Shown one piece after another: positions 29,361 to 41,895 of a stretch of 64,000 nt of DNA. The notes under the pieces were generated by a model that made no database searches, was not told the DNA's origin, and was given only the letters and a program-made list of their open reading frames with translations. The DNA comes from Octopus vulgaris (Eukaryota), in NCBI GenBank assembly GCA_951406725.2, contig OX597834.1:18662001-18726000 (forward strand), read 5' to 3'. The translations under genes and the position numbers were made by a program. Every line of letters begins with the position of its first letter. Position 1 is the first letter of the stretch.

Positions 29361-30308
29361 ACCAAGCACACACAAATCACAATCATTATTGATATTATTA
29401 TTATTATTACGGTGCCAGTCTGAAAACTACAATAAGTGTTTACAAATCTTGTATTTGGAGTACACTTTTGTATAGGGCAGAAGCATAAACTCGCTCCTAC
29501 AGACATTTAAACAAACTTGAAACCTTTCGCATGTGCTGTCTGTGCAATATCTGCAATATAAATGGCAAGATAAGATATAAAATATTAAAATCTTTAAAAA
29601 AATGTGATATCTCCAATATCAAAACCATGCTGCAGGGAATTTAACGCAGTTGGGTCGGACATGTTCAAATGAAAGATGATCGCATTCCAAAACTTTTTTG
29701 TATGGCCAACAAGAAGAGACACACCGTGGAAAAGGTAGGGTCCTTACGTATAAGGATAACTAGAAGCAATCACTAAAGTCTTCACAACTTAATTTAACAT
29801 CCTGGGAAAGTAAAATGTGCCGTGAAGCATCAAAACAATTTGAGTTGAAGAAACAGAACAATGAAAGAATTATATCCTGCAATCAACCAGACACATTTGT
29901 CCAATCTCAGACAAAATCATTGTCCTCTAAAACCAGTGATATCGGCATTTGACATTCTTATAGAGTATCCACTTTTCACCACCGGTCAGTTGATAGTTCT
30001 AAAATGGAGATTTTTTTTCTCGTGTGAATAAAGGGCAGTGCAGATATCGACACGTTATTGTCGATTGTTTTCACTCAGTTCATGTGGAACCCACTTGCCA
30101 AGCTTAGAGACGATTTCAAGTTCTTGCAAATGGCGAAGGACTGTCGTGAAATATATTTTGGGGATTTTCGGGAAACAACAATCCAGCAACATACTCAAAA
30201 TTCGAGCGTAAATATAAATTAATTATTACAAATCGTAAAATACAGTAAATATAAATTAATTACGTTACATTACGAACAGCAGTTTTGTTACAATGTATTA
30301 CATTTCTA

Positions 30309-30682
30309 AGGCGGCGAGCTGGCAGAAACGTTAGCACGCCGGGTGAAATGCTTAGCGGTATTTCGTCTGCCACTACGTTCTGAGTTCAAATTCCGCCGAG
30401 GTCGACTTTGCCTTTCATCCTTTCGGGGTCGATTAAATAAGTATCAGTTACGCACTGGAGTCGATATAATCGACTTAATCCGTTTCTCTGTCCTTGTTTG
30501 TCCTCTCTGTGTTTAGCCCCTTGTGGGTAGTAAAGAAATAGGTATTTCGTCTGCCTTTATGTTCTGAGTTCAAATTCCCCCGAGGTCGACTTTGCCTTTC
30601 ATCCTTTCGAGGTCGATAAATTAAGTACCAGTTGTCCCCTCCCCCAAAATTTCGGGCCTTGTGCCTAGAGTAGAAAAGAATA
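30309..30682 (+). mobile_element. SINE family B with internal tandem duplication
   Basis: Head, core, restart of core at 30541; ACATTTCT on both flanks. Confidence 0.88.
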
Positions 30683-30701
30683 TATAACATTTCTGCATTT
30701 A

Positions 30702-31905
30702 AACCGGGGTTGTCTGTAAGTAGATTGTCTAGTAGTCCTAGTAGATTTTAATTTTTAATTGACTTATAATTTACATAAATTATTTTATGTTAATTTTTAA
30801 TCGATTTTTAGTTTTAGATTTAATCATGGACAAATTTTTATTGAAACCTCAGAAAAACGAGAAAGTGAGTCATAGCAAACAAGACGAACATCAGAATAAA
30901 AAGTTCACATCATCAAAACGAAAATATAATGAAAATTACATCCGATATGGTTTTATATTATCGGAAAAGGTTAACTCGGTTCCTTTTTGTATGGCTTGTT
31001 TAACAACACTCTCAAATGAAACGATGGTTCCCAGTAAACTTCAATGTTATTTAATAACAAATCATCCGAAAAATAAGGACAAACCAAAAGAATACTTTTA
31101 GATGCTAAAAAATAATTCTAAAATTTAATCAAAAAGGCTGAAGAAATTTCACTCAATTCCCGAGAAAGCTCAAAGCGCTAGTTACAAGATAGACCAGCTT
31201 TTGGCAAAGAAGAAAAAATCGTGTTCTGATGCCAAAAACATTATTTTACCAGCCTTAGAGATCGCCGTTGGCACAATGGTTAGTGATGAAGTCATTAAAC
31301 AGATTAAGACCATTCCTTTGTCTGCCCACACGATTTCTCGTAAAATTCAAGACATTTCGTGTGACATTGACGATCAGTTCCGCGAACATTTCATTGAAGC
31401 AAAAAGGGAACTCGAAAACTCGCGGGCCTTACAAATCGATGCAAGTACAGACACCAGCAGCAAAGCTCAACTAATTTCATTTCTGCGAATCATCAGAGGT
31501 GGTAAAATCATAAGTCAGTTTTTCTTTTGTTGTGAATTGAAGGAAAGAACAACAGTAGATGTCTTTAACTCGGTACGCCAAAATGTCGTACTGAGAGGGA
31601 GCAGTGGCAAACTTGTATTACCGTTGATACTGATGGTGCTCCATCCATACAGGGTAAAAAAAAAAAAAGGCTTCGTGGCTGATATATTACAAAAACATTC
31701 ACAAGTTGAAAATATACGTTGCATGATTCTCCGCGAAGTTTTGGTGTCAAAATCTCGGCTTGATTGTCTCCTGAAGACGATGGACAATGTTTTTAAAGTG
31801 GTGAATTACATAAAATCCCATTCCCTGCGGTGCAGACTTTTTGCATCACTATGTGAAACTATGGATTCTGATTTTAAGTGTTTACTGCTTCATACCGAAG
31901 CAGTG
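30702..31905 (+). mobile_element. Decayed hAT (Buster/Charlie-like) transposase, 3' truncated
   Basis: KRKYNENYIRYGF...CMAC..LSNETMVPSKL..(BED-like), IPLSAHTISRKI, ALQIDASTD, LLLHTE; stops and frameshifts. Confidence 0.88.
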
Positions 31906-32238
31906 TTGGAGAGTGGACTCTGGAGAAATTCAGAAGATGTTCAAACATTTTTTTTTTTTGTATCAAACAGGCTTCTCCCATTGTTTTCATGTGCGTTGTG
32001 CAAAGAAAAAAAAGACTAAAAAGAAAAAATCCAGAAGGTAGGGAGTGGGGGTTCATAAATTTTCAAAACTTTTTTTCTTAAAAAGCTTTCCTCCATCATT
32101 TGAAAGTGAGTGGCAGAAGAAAATTTGAAAAATCACAGTCAAAACGAAGAAAATCCAACTAATTTGAGTGTGCTACTCCGAAAATCTGTCAAGGCATTAT
32201 ATTGCGAAAACCCGGCAACGATCGGATACTCAGCCAGT
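31906..32238 (+). mobile_element. Helitron-like 3' end
   Basis: Sub-terminal hairpin remnant CCCGGCAACGATCGG followed by TACTCAGCCAG|T (CTRR-like end); interrupts the hAT remnant. Confidence 0.45.
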
Positions 32239-32277
32239 ATATGTATATGTATATGTATATACATATATATGTATATA

Positions 32278-32321
<44 letters not shown>

Positions 32322-32498
32322 CTTTATAAAATAAACAAAAGACGATAGGTGGAAAACAAACGAACAATTGTATATGGCGCTATATAAATAAAACAAGTCT
32401 TAACGTTTCGAGCCTACGCTCTTCATAGAAAGATACACAGAGAGAAAAACACAGAAAGAAGGAGAAAAAAATGCGTGCAGTAGCTATAATCAACATGG

Positions 32499-32708
<210 letters not shown>

Positions 32709-32797
32709 ACACATATAAAAAATACTGAAATTCAAGAATTTAATGCAAACGATTCAATATTTAAAGTTAAAAGCCAGAGATGCAAAAAGGCACCTAC

Positions 32798-32920
32798 CTG
32801 TGAGAGGAGGAAAAAGCAAAATTCAGTCGCGTTGTGGACGATGCGCACCTTTGATTAACCAGAAGACAATCGCGCTTCAATCTGCAGTAGTGTGTTTCGT
32901 TGTTACCCCCGTCTTATATA
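32798..32920 (-). promoter_or_regulatory. Putative TATA promoter plus non-coding first exon of the CAP gene
   Basis: - strand TATATAAG (32913-32920), then ~95 nt ending in CAG|GTAGGT donor (GT at 32796-32797); same strand as and upstream of the acceptor at 28129. Confidence 0.45.
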
Positions 32921-33039
32921 TGTCACAATCCTAATCTTCCGCCTCTCCCTCCTCATTTTTGATAAGGCAATCTTAATATCAGTCATTTGTAATGTACTGG
33001 AAGAGTGATCAGAGCGTTGCATCCGGTCTATGTCAGTCA

Positions 33040-33118
<79 letters not shown>

Positions 33119-33227
33119 TACATAGATAGATAGATATAGGTAAAGTATATGCACGTATAGACATACAATCATAGCAATGTAATTTAATTACTGAAAACAT
33201 GCATGTGTGCATACATACATACATACA

Positions 33228-33260
<33 letters not shown>

Positions 33261-33482
33261 GCATATACACACACACGTACACTTACAAATAGAAACTCAC
33301 AGGCATGAGTATGTGTGTGTGTGTGAGTGTGTGTGTGTGTGTGAGTGTGTGAGAGTGTGTGGAATCACAGTATTTATATGGATTTTTTACTCTTCCTGGT
33401 TGTTACCCTTGAACAAGTTGTCTTTCGCTTTTTCATCATTCGTACAATTACATACATACATACACCGGAGGCGCAATGGCCC

Positions 33483-34770
33483 GTTAATATATATGTTTTA
33501 TATTTCACTAATTCCAGATACTGACTACGGCCCCGATGGGGTACCACCTTGAAGGGTTTTAGTCAATATATATGTTTTATATTTCACTAATTCCAGATAC
33601 TGACTACGGCCCCGATGGTGTACCACCTTGAAGGGTTTTAGTTAATATATATGTTTTATATTTCACTAATTCCAGATACTGACTACGGCCCCGATGGGGT
33701 ACCACCTTGAAGGGTTTTAGTCAATATATATGTTTTATAATTCACTAATTCCAGATACTGACTACGGCCCCGACGGTGGGGTACCACCTTGAAGGGTTTT
33801 AGTCAATATATGTTTTATATTTCACTAATTCCAGATACTGACTACGGCCCCGATGGGGTACCACCTTGAAGGGTTTTAGTTAATATATATTTTTATAATT
33901 TCACTAATTCCAGAAACTGACTACGGCCCCGACGGTGTACCACCTTGAAGGGTTTTAGTCAATATATATGTTTTATAAATCACTAATTCCAGATACTGAC
34001 TACGGCCCCGATGGGGTACCACCTTGAAGGGTTTTAGTCAATATATATGTTTTATATTTCACTAATTCCAGATACTGACTACGGCCCCGATGGGGTACCA
34101 CCTTGAAGGGTTTTAGTTAATATATATGTTTTATAATTCACTAATTCCAGATACTGACTACGGCCCCGATGGTGTACCACCTTGAAGGGTTTTAGTCAAT
34201 ATATATGTTTTATAATTTCACTAATTCCAGATACTGACTACGGCCCCGATGGGGTACCACCTTGAAGGGTTTTAGTCAATATATATGTTTTATAATTCAC
34301 TAATTCCAGATACTGACTATGGCCCCGATGGGGTACCACCTTGAAGGGTTTTAGTCAATATATATGTTTTATATTTCACTAATTCCAGATACTGACTACG
34401 GACCCGATGGGGTACCACCTTGAAGGGTTTTAGTCAATATATATGTTTTATATTTCACTAATTCCAGATACTGACTACGGCCCCGATGGGTACCACCTTG
34501 AAGGGTTTTAGTCAATATATATGTTTTATAATTCACTAATTCCAGATACTGACTACGGCCCCGATGGGGTATCACCTTGAAGGGTTTTAGTCAATATATA
34601 TGTTTTATAATTCACTAATTCCAGATACTGACTACGGCCCCGATGGGGTACCACCTTGAAAGGTTTTATTCCAGATACTGACCACGGCCCCGATGGGGTA
34701 CCACCTTGAAGGGTTTTATTCCAGATACTGACTACGGCCCCGATGGGGTACCACCTTGAAGGATTTTAGT
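33483..34770. repeat. 79-bp minisatellite, 15 full + 2 shortened (50-bp) units
   Basis: Unit ...TTCACTAATTCCAGATACTGACTACGGCCCCGATGGGGTACCACCTTGAAGGGTTTTAGTCAATATATATGTTTTATA...; period 79-80. Confidence 0.97.
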
Positions 34771-35020
34771 CGAACCAATCGACCCCAGCATTTATTCATT
34801 TTTTTTTGTCGTTGCCAGGTACTTAATCTATCATTCTCTTATGTAGAACGGCTAAATTACGGAGACGTAAGAAACCATCAGCAGTTGTCAAACAGTTATG
34901 TGGTACAAACGCACACGCACACACACACACATACACACACACGAAGAGCTTCTATTCAGATCCCATCAACCAAATCCACTCACAATGCTTTGGTCAGCCA
35001 GGGACAATAGCAGAAGACAT

Positions 35021-35626
35021 GGATCTTTTCCTTTTGAACGGCAGTTTTCAACACAATTTCTAGTTAACTAAAACACTTTAAAACTTCGTATACTGGTAGA
35101 ATGTGTCAAAAGAAAACATTATTTTCACTTGGTTTTCTTGAGAAAATTGTAATTTGTTTGTTTAACGTAGTTTAATTTTTCGAATTTTAACCAATCCTAT
35201 GCTCTCTTTTGAGCTAAAATCATTTGCTGCGTCTAAAACTGAGACAACATCCTGTAATTAACCCTAAACTTCCTCCCTAACCCTAACCCTAAATTTTTTG
35301 TGAAAAAAACTAAAGCAATGGAATTAAATTAATTTAACAATTAAGAAAAAAAATTAGGGTTAGGGGGGAGGTTTATGGTTAGTTACAGGATGTTGTCTCA
35401 GTTTTAGACGCAGCAAATGATTTAAGTTGAATGGAGGTAATCGATTGGTTAAAATTGCCGAAATGCTCGGATTTTCAGACGAAATATCTTACAAACTATA
35501 AAATTTTCTCAATAAAGCCATGAGAAAAAGATGTTTTATAAACACATTCTACCAGTATACGAAGTTTAAAAGTGCTTAGTTAACTAGAAATTGTGTTGAA
35601 AACTGCCGTTCAAAAGGAAATGATCC
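35021..35626. mobile_element. Fold-back MITE (Merlin-like: GG termini, 8-bp TSD)
   Basis: Near-complete palindrome; TSD GAAGACAT at 35013-35020 and 35627-35634; internal CCCTAA/TTAGGG repeats. Confidence 0.88.
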
Positions 35627-36699
35627 GAAGACATCCAAGATACAACATGATGGGACACAACACTGAACTCTGTGTTTCTCACCACAAAGCCAGACCTGCA
35701 CCTCCTTATGTTGATTCAAGCAGAACAATAATATTGTGTAAAGTATACTAGCCATCTCATTATGGCTAACCACTAAGGGTGGGTGTTACTGTAGCTTTTA
35801 GCCCCAGGAGATCATCGTCTCCAGCTGGCTTTAGGCACACTTTCTCTGCCCTTATGGTATTTGCAAAGGGAGGTCATCCCCTCTCGTAAACCTAAGTGAT
35901 ACGTACGGACTGCAGTTTCGAGGTTTTTGCCTCTTGTCAAATAATATTGAGATTTGACGTAAAATTGTATAGAATTGCTGTTATATACGCTGATACATTT
36001 TAGCTTTTATCATTTTATATGCCCTAAGCAGTCTCGTTTCAGTTTAAAGCCATTTTGAGAAAGATGTTTTACGTTTATTTTTCCCGATTGAATAAAAGAC
36101 GTTTTTATATTCGCGATGATTATTCTCACCTCTCCCTCTCCCTCTCAATCTTTCTTGCTCTGTCTCTCACTCAGCCCCCCCCTCTCTCTCTCTCTCTCCT
36201 TCACTCTGCCTCTCATATATTCCCTTGCTTCCTTTTTCAAATCAATTCTTCCTGGTTTTCTCTCATCGTACACCCTACCCTGATTAAAAAGAAAGCATAC
36301 AATGTCGCCAATCCAATCGTGACATAGCAATTATATCCACACACACACAATCATACATATGTTCATACGTATACACATACACACACATAAACGCACACAT
36401 ATACATACATTCATTGATGCATATAAGCATGCATACATACATACATACATACATACGTACGTACGTACATACATACATACATACATACATACATACATAC
36501 GTACGTACATACATACATACATACATACATACATACATACATACATACATACATACATACATACATACATACATGCATACATACGTACGTACGTACATAC
36601 ATGCTTGGGTATGTTGCCCGGAAGCTTGAAGAAGACAGTAGGATTGACATGAAGCGTAGCCTCTCTTAGACACAAGACCACTACATCACATCACATCAC

Positions 36700-36975
36700 A
36701 TTTTGAATGCTATGCGTCTGCGATCCAGGAACAGGAGATGACCACAAAGTATCTAGTGAACAAGAGAGACAATGACGCTCTTGTAATCCGAAGGTGGCAA
36801 CCGCAGGTGTAGGCTATGTCATGTTTCTGTGGAAGAGATCACGCATGTGATTAGCACCTGTCCTAAAATGTTATCACGGTATTACCTCCTTATGCGGCAC
36901 GATGTCATCGCTAAAACAATTTACAATGCCATCTGCAAAAATACTGTCCTGAAATAAACTTCGAAAGTCCCTGTG
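36700..36975 (+). mobile_element. RLE-type LINE fragment (CCHC + RHD)
   Basis: CRLCHVSVEEITHVISTCPKMLSRYYLLMRHDVIAKTIY. Confidence 0.75.
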
Positions 36976-36986
36976 TTTGTTTGGTA

Positions 36987-37034
<48 letters not shown>

Positions 37035-37037
<3 letters not shown>

Positions 37038-38100
37038 TAATAAAATATTAGGGAATAAATCCAAACTTAAAGGGAAAAATCAGATTTAGGATTAAATCCA
37101 ATTTTATAGTATAAATATATTATATTATATCATATTATATTAAATTAGGGATAAAACCACTATTAGGCAAATCAAACAATGAAAAACATAAGCCAATACA
37201 TAAAATTAATTAATTTATATTATTCTAAAAATATATCAAAAGTATTAAAAGTTTAATAAAAGATAAAGAGTAAAACACTACGATCGTTTCATGGCTGTAC
37301 AATTCGTAATAATTCGAGATATGGTTACAGTCAATCTTCAGGTTAATTGAAATATTTAAAATATAATCAGAAATATTTAAACAATATTTTTAAGATATAA
37401 ATAATATAATAATTTTACTTATAATAAGCTCTATAATCAAACTAGAAACATAAAACTTAACAATTATGATTATATCAAAATCGACTATAATGTTAATTAT
37501 TAATTTTAATTTATAAGGTAGGAAACCCACCAATAATCTAATATCGGTATTAGTCTATATCTAATTACATAAATATTTAAAAATGACTAATATATATAAA
37601 TTATCAATGAAAATATATAAATATATATAAATATTAAGATCTAAAATAATCTTTATAAATAAATATATATGCACATATAATACAAACCTAATAAATTAAT
37701 TTTTCATATTTAAAGATGAAATAGCTAATTTCAAAATACAAATAAACAAACTTAAACGAATTTTCAGAAATCTTATGTAAAATACTTATAGAAATAATCA
37801 ATTCGTAGTAATATAGTATCGAATAAATACTATAAATACTATAAATATAATTATCAATGGGAATAACTAGCGAATATCAATTTAAAGAAAGAGATATATT
37901 TAGGAGTTTACAAAGAATTTGAGATGAACCAACCTGTTTTCTTAGCATCAAACAAACATGATTTTTATAGAACTTCTAATACTTTTTTGTGTATGTATGT
38001 AGATACTTCCAAACAAACATGATTTTTATTGAACTCCTAGTACTTTTTGTTTAATATTTTCTCAATTATTTCCTTGTAAACTGTTTTTAACATTTTCTTT
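37035..38100 (-). mobile_element. AT-rich Penelope-like repeat ending in (TA)n
   Basis: Carries a degenerate hammerhead; its terminus 37043-37215 is also present at 3803-3890 and inverted at 4003-4122. Confidence 0.45.
37274..37346 (-). ncRNA. Degenerate hammerhead ribozyme in AT-rich repeat
   Basis: - strand CTGAAGA-TTGACTGTA...TACAGCCAT-GAAAC-GATC-GTA; core intact, stems I and II mismatched. Confidence 0.5.
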
Positions 38101-38340
38101 AGGTGTTTTCGCTAAATAAACACTCACAACGCCCGGTCTGGGAATCGAAACGGCGATCCTACATCTTTAATCAGCATAAGGTTAAACTTATTTTGCTCAT
38201 TTATAATATACTCACTTATATGGTTCTCTTGTGTTTTTTTTTTTGCAACCAAACCTGTCTGTCGGGATGTATATGTGCGTATATACTCATACAGATTCCC
38301 ACATTTACTAGAGTGTATCAGATATTTATGATTTATAACT

Positions 38341-38497
38341 GGCGCAGGAGTGGCTGTGTGGTAAGTAGCTTGCTAACCAACCAAATGGTTCCGGGTTCAG
38401 TCTTGGCAAGTGTCTTCTGCTATAGCCCCGGACCGACCAATGCCTTGTGAGTGGATTTGGTAGACGGAAACTGAAAGAAGCCTGTCGTATATGTGTG

Positions 38498-38556
<59 letters not shown>

Positions 38557-38772
38557 CTGTGTGTGTATGTGTTTGTCTCCCTAGCATTGCTTGACAACCG
38601 ATGCTGGTGTGTTTACGTTCCCGTCACCTAGCGGTTCGGCAAAAGAGACCGATAGAATAAGTATTGGGCTTACAAAGAATAAGTCCCGGGGTCGATTTGC
38701 TCGACTAAAGGCGGTGTCTAGCATGGCCGCAGTCAAATGACTGAAACAAGTAAAAGAGTAAAAGAGTAAAAG
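38341..38772 (+). mobile_element. SINE family A
   Basis: Family A with a small deletion after the B-box. Confidence 0.9.
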
Positions 38773-39133
38773 AGATCTATTCGTGCATATAGATCTATGT
38801 ATGAAAGGGAACAATAATACTGTGTTTTGTTGCAACATTTTACAGAGTTGCTTAATGTATCGCTTTTTGCGTTGTCATTGAGGTCAAGTATCATTAAAGG
38901 CTCTTTTCGCAAAGACGTTTTATGCCTATCTTCCTGATTGAATCCTCAACATATCATTTTCATCCTATTTTTATACTCACAACTTTCTCGCTCACTCTCT
39001 CCCTCTCTCTTTCTAATCTGCCCATTTTACCAAATCTTCTCCTGTTTTTCTTCCTGCCTACACTGAACGAAAAAAGAAATCATACAACTTCAATGTTACA
39101 ATTAAAATTTGAACTCAGCAATTACGACCTCCC

Positions 39134-39197
<64 letters not shown>

Positions 39198-39204
39198 GAG
39201 AGAG

Positions 39205-39656
39205 AGGGATAAAAACCAAACATCCAGTCAACATCATGGTTTAAGAAGTGATCGCTAGTGATGGCGACGTCATGCCTCCATTCATCTTTCCACACAGCCT
39301 CAGACTCAACACAGAGGTCTACATCAAGTGACAGGAGGAGGTGGTGCTGCCCTGGGTCAAGAGGGCGGCTGCTGGAATACTATATGTCTGGCAACAGAAC
39401 TCCTGCACCTTGCTACACAAGCAGGAGAACCCAGTTATGGCTGCAACTACATCAGCCTTAACATCTGGCCACCTAACCCACCAGACCGCAACCGCCTTGA
39501 TTATTATTTGTGGGGCGCAGTTGAGCGACTGACCAACAAAACTCTTTGTAACGACAAAAATGAACTGAAAGATTATGGCAGCATTCATGAACTTAAACAA
39601 GGAGAGCGTCCAGGAGAGTTGCAGGAGATTCCGAGGCCGTTTGGAGGCCGTGATTG

Positions 39657-39658
<2 letters not shown>
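39205..39658 (+). mobile_element. Tc1/mariner (DD37D-like) transposase fragment
   Basis: YVWQQNS..., WPPNPPDRNRLDYYLWGAVE in broken frames. Confidence 0.75.
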
Positions 39659-39729
<71 letters not shown>

Positions 39730-39791
39730 GTTCTCCTCACGGTAGGCTATTGATATTAGGTTATGGTAAGCCACTCAGACTCACTTTTCTT

Positions 39792-39847
<56 letters not shown>

Positions 39848-39878
39848 GCGGATACACACACACACACATATCTAGTTG

Positions 39879-39974
<96 letters not shown>

Positions 39975-40365
39975 TTGGTATCACATTTACTATCTGGTTA
40001 CGATTCTTCCATTAACAGGTGGGGAGATCATTCATTCAACGAGTAGGAAGAAATATGAACTATGATCATTCAACTTTAAGCAATAATGGATGAAACTCAA
40101 CCCCTCATTTCATCAAGGCCTTCAAACGACGTAATACGCCAGACATGGGTTATGCCGATTACACTGGGCAACAAAAATATTTTTTTGTCATGTGATTTAA
40201 ACTTTTTCAGCTGACTTGGAATAATTTTAGGGTGCAGAATCCGAATCTGACATCAGTTTTTAGACAGCACGTGTAGTTTTTTAGTTATTCATAGCATCAG
40301 ATTTTCCAACCAATTGATAATATTGACAAAGTAGTAGACTATTTGCTTTCGATCTTCATCCATAT

Positions 40366-40731
40366 GGATGGAAGCACTCTGTCGGTTACGACGACGAGGG
40401 TTCCGGTTGATCCGAATCAACGGAACAGCTTGCTCGTGAAATTAACGTGTAAGTGGCTGAGCACTCCACAGACACGTGTACCCTTAACGTAGTTTTCGGG
40501 GATATTCAGCGTGACACAGAGAGTGACAAGGCCAGCCCTTTGAAATACAGGTACAACAGAAACAGGAAGTAAGAGTGAGAGAAAGTTGTGGTGAAAGAGT
40601 ACAGCAGGGATCACCACCATCCCCTGCTGGAGCCTCGTGGAGCTTTAGGTGTTTTCGCTCAATAAACACTCACAACGCCCGGTCTGGGAATCGAAACCGC
40701 GATCCTATGACCACTGGGCCATTGCGCCTCC
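40366..40731 (-). mobile_element. SINE family C with 12-bp TSD
   Basis: TSD CTTCATCCATAT at 40354-40365 and 40732-40743. Confidence 0.93.
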
Positions 40732-41386
40732 CTTCATCCATATACTCATCACTGAAACAAAAATAAGTGCCGAAAGAGGCAAATGTAGACTACGTGTTAA
40801 ATTGCTATACAAGATGAGCATTTCTTTTGCTTTGTTATCGCTGTAATTATAGTGAAGTTCTCCTCACGGTAGGCTAATGATATTAGGTTATGGTAAGCCA
40901 CTCAGACTCCCTTTTCTTTGATAACTGCCAGTGCTGTTAAAACAAAGTACATTAAATATGAAAGCCAAGTTATATGTAAAGTAGTTTAGTAGTAAGTTTA
41001 GTTATTTATTAAAGTGATCCATGTTTGAAATTTAGAGATGGAAAAAAATTGTTTCGTGATAGCCATAGCTTCAGTAATTCTATAATAATTTCAATGATTT
41101 TATTAAAGAAATATATATATATATGTATTACAATTGTAACATTAAAGGTTGATTAATTTTATATTTTAGCTTAGGTTATTATTTGTATGTATTTATGATA
41201 AGCAGAAAAGTTTGTGTTAACCACCCGGACAATTTTTGTTACGTGTGTGGAAAATTTACGCCAAAAGAACAGAGAAATAAGCATACAAAGAATGGGTTTC
41301 CAGTGTGTTGACATAAACCCTCTCTTTCAGGCATCCATGACTGAGACTTTGCGCCCAGCCATTCAAAGTAGACCTCAGCACGGATT

Positions 41387-41436
41387 TTTATCAGTGAACA
41401 GGTCGCGGATTTTAGCGACGAAAATATTTTGACAAA
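41387..41436 (+). ncRNA. Second copy of the G3-C8 hammerhead-like motif
   Basis: TTTATCA-GTGAACA-G-GTCGC-GGATTTTA-GCGAC-GAA-AATATT-T-TGACAAA; part of a ~200-bp repeat shared with 13070-13270. Confidence 0.5.
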
Positions 41437-41594
41437 TTAAACTTAAATGTTGAAGTGAATCGAACGGCTTTTGTGTGTTTCTTAAATGGCTTACAAACAC
41501 CTTCCACGCTGCAATTGTTTTCGTTTCAGCACACGATCTCAGATCAAATTACTTGCTATGCGAGTACATCTCCGTAATATATATATATATATAC

Positions 41595-41681
<87 letters not shown>

Positions 41682-41772
41682 CATGCACATATAAAAATAC
41701 TGAAATTCCAGAATTTAATGCAAACGATTCAATATTTAAAGTTAAAAGCCAGAGATGCAAAAAGACACCTAC

Positions 41773-41895
41773 CTGTGAGAGGAGGAAAAAGCAAAATTCA
41801 GTCGCGTTGTGGACGATGCGCACCTTTGATCAACCAGATGACAATCGCAGTTCAATCTGCAGTAGTGTGTTTCGTTGTTACCTCCGTCTTATATA
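41773..41895 (-). promoter_or_regulatory. Duplicate copy of the putative promoter/first exon
   Basis: Near-identical to 32798-32920; TATATAAG at 41888-41895 and CAG|GTAGGT at 41771-41773 are both retained. Confidence 0.4.

Noticed and set aside
30787-32019. Possible domesticated ZBED/Buster gene
   Set aside because: In-frame stops, frameshifts and 3' truncation indicate a dead transposon.
33483-34770. CRISPR-like regular array
   Set aside because: Units are near-identical end to end with no unique spacers, no cas genes, eukaryotic context; it is a minisatellite.
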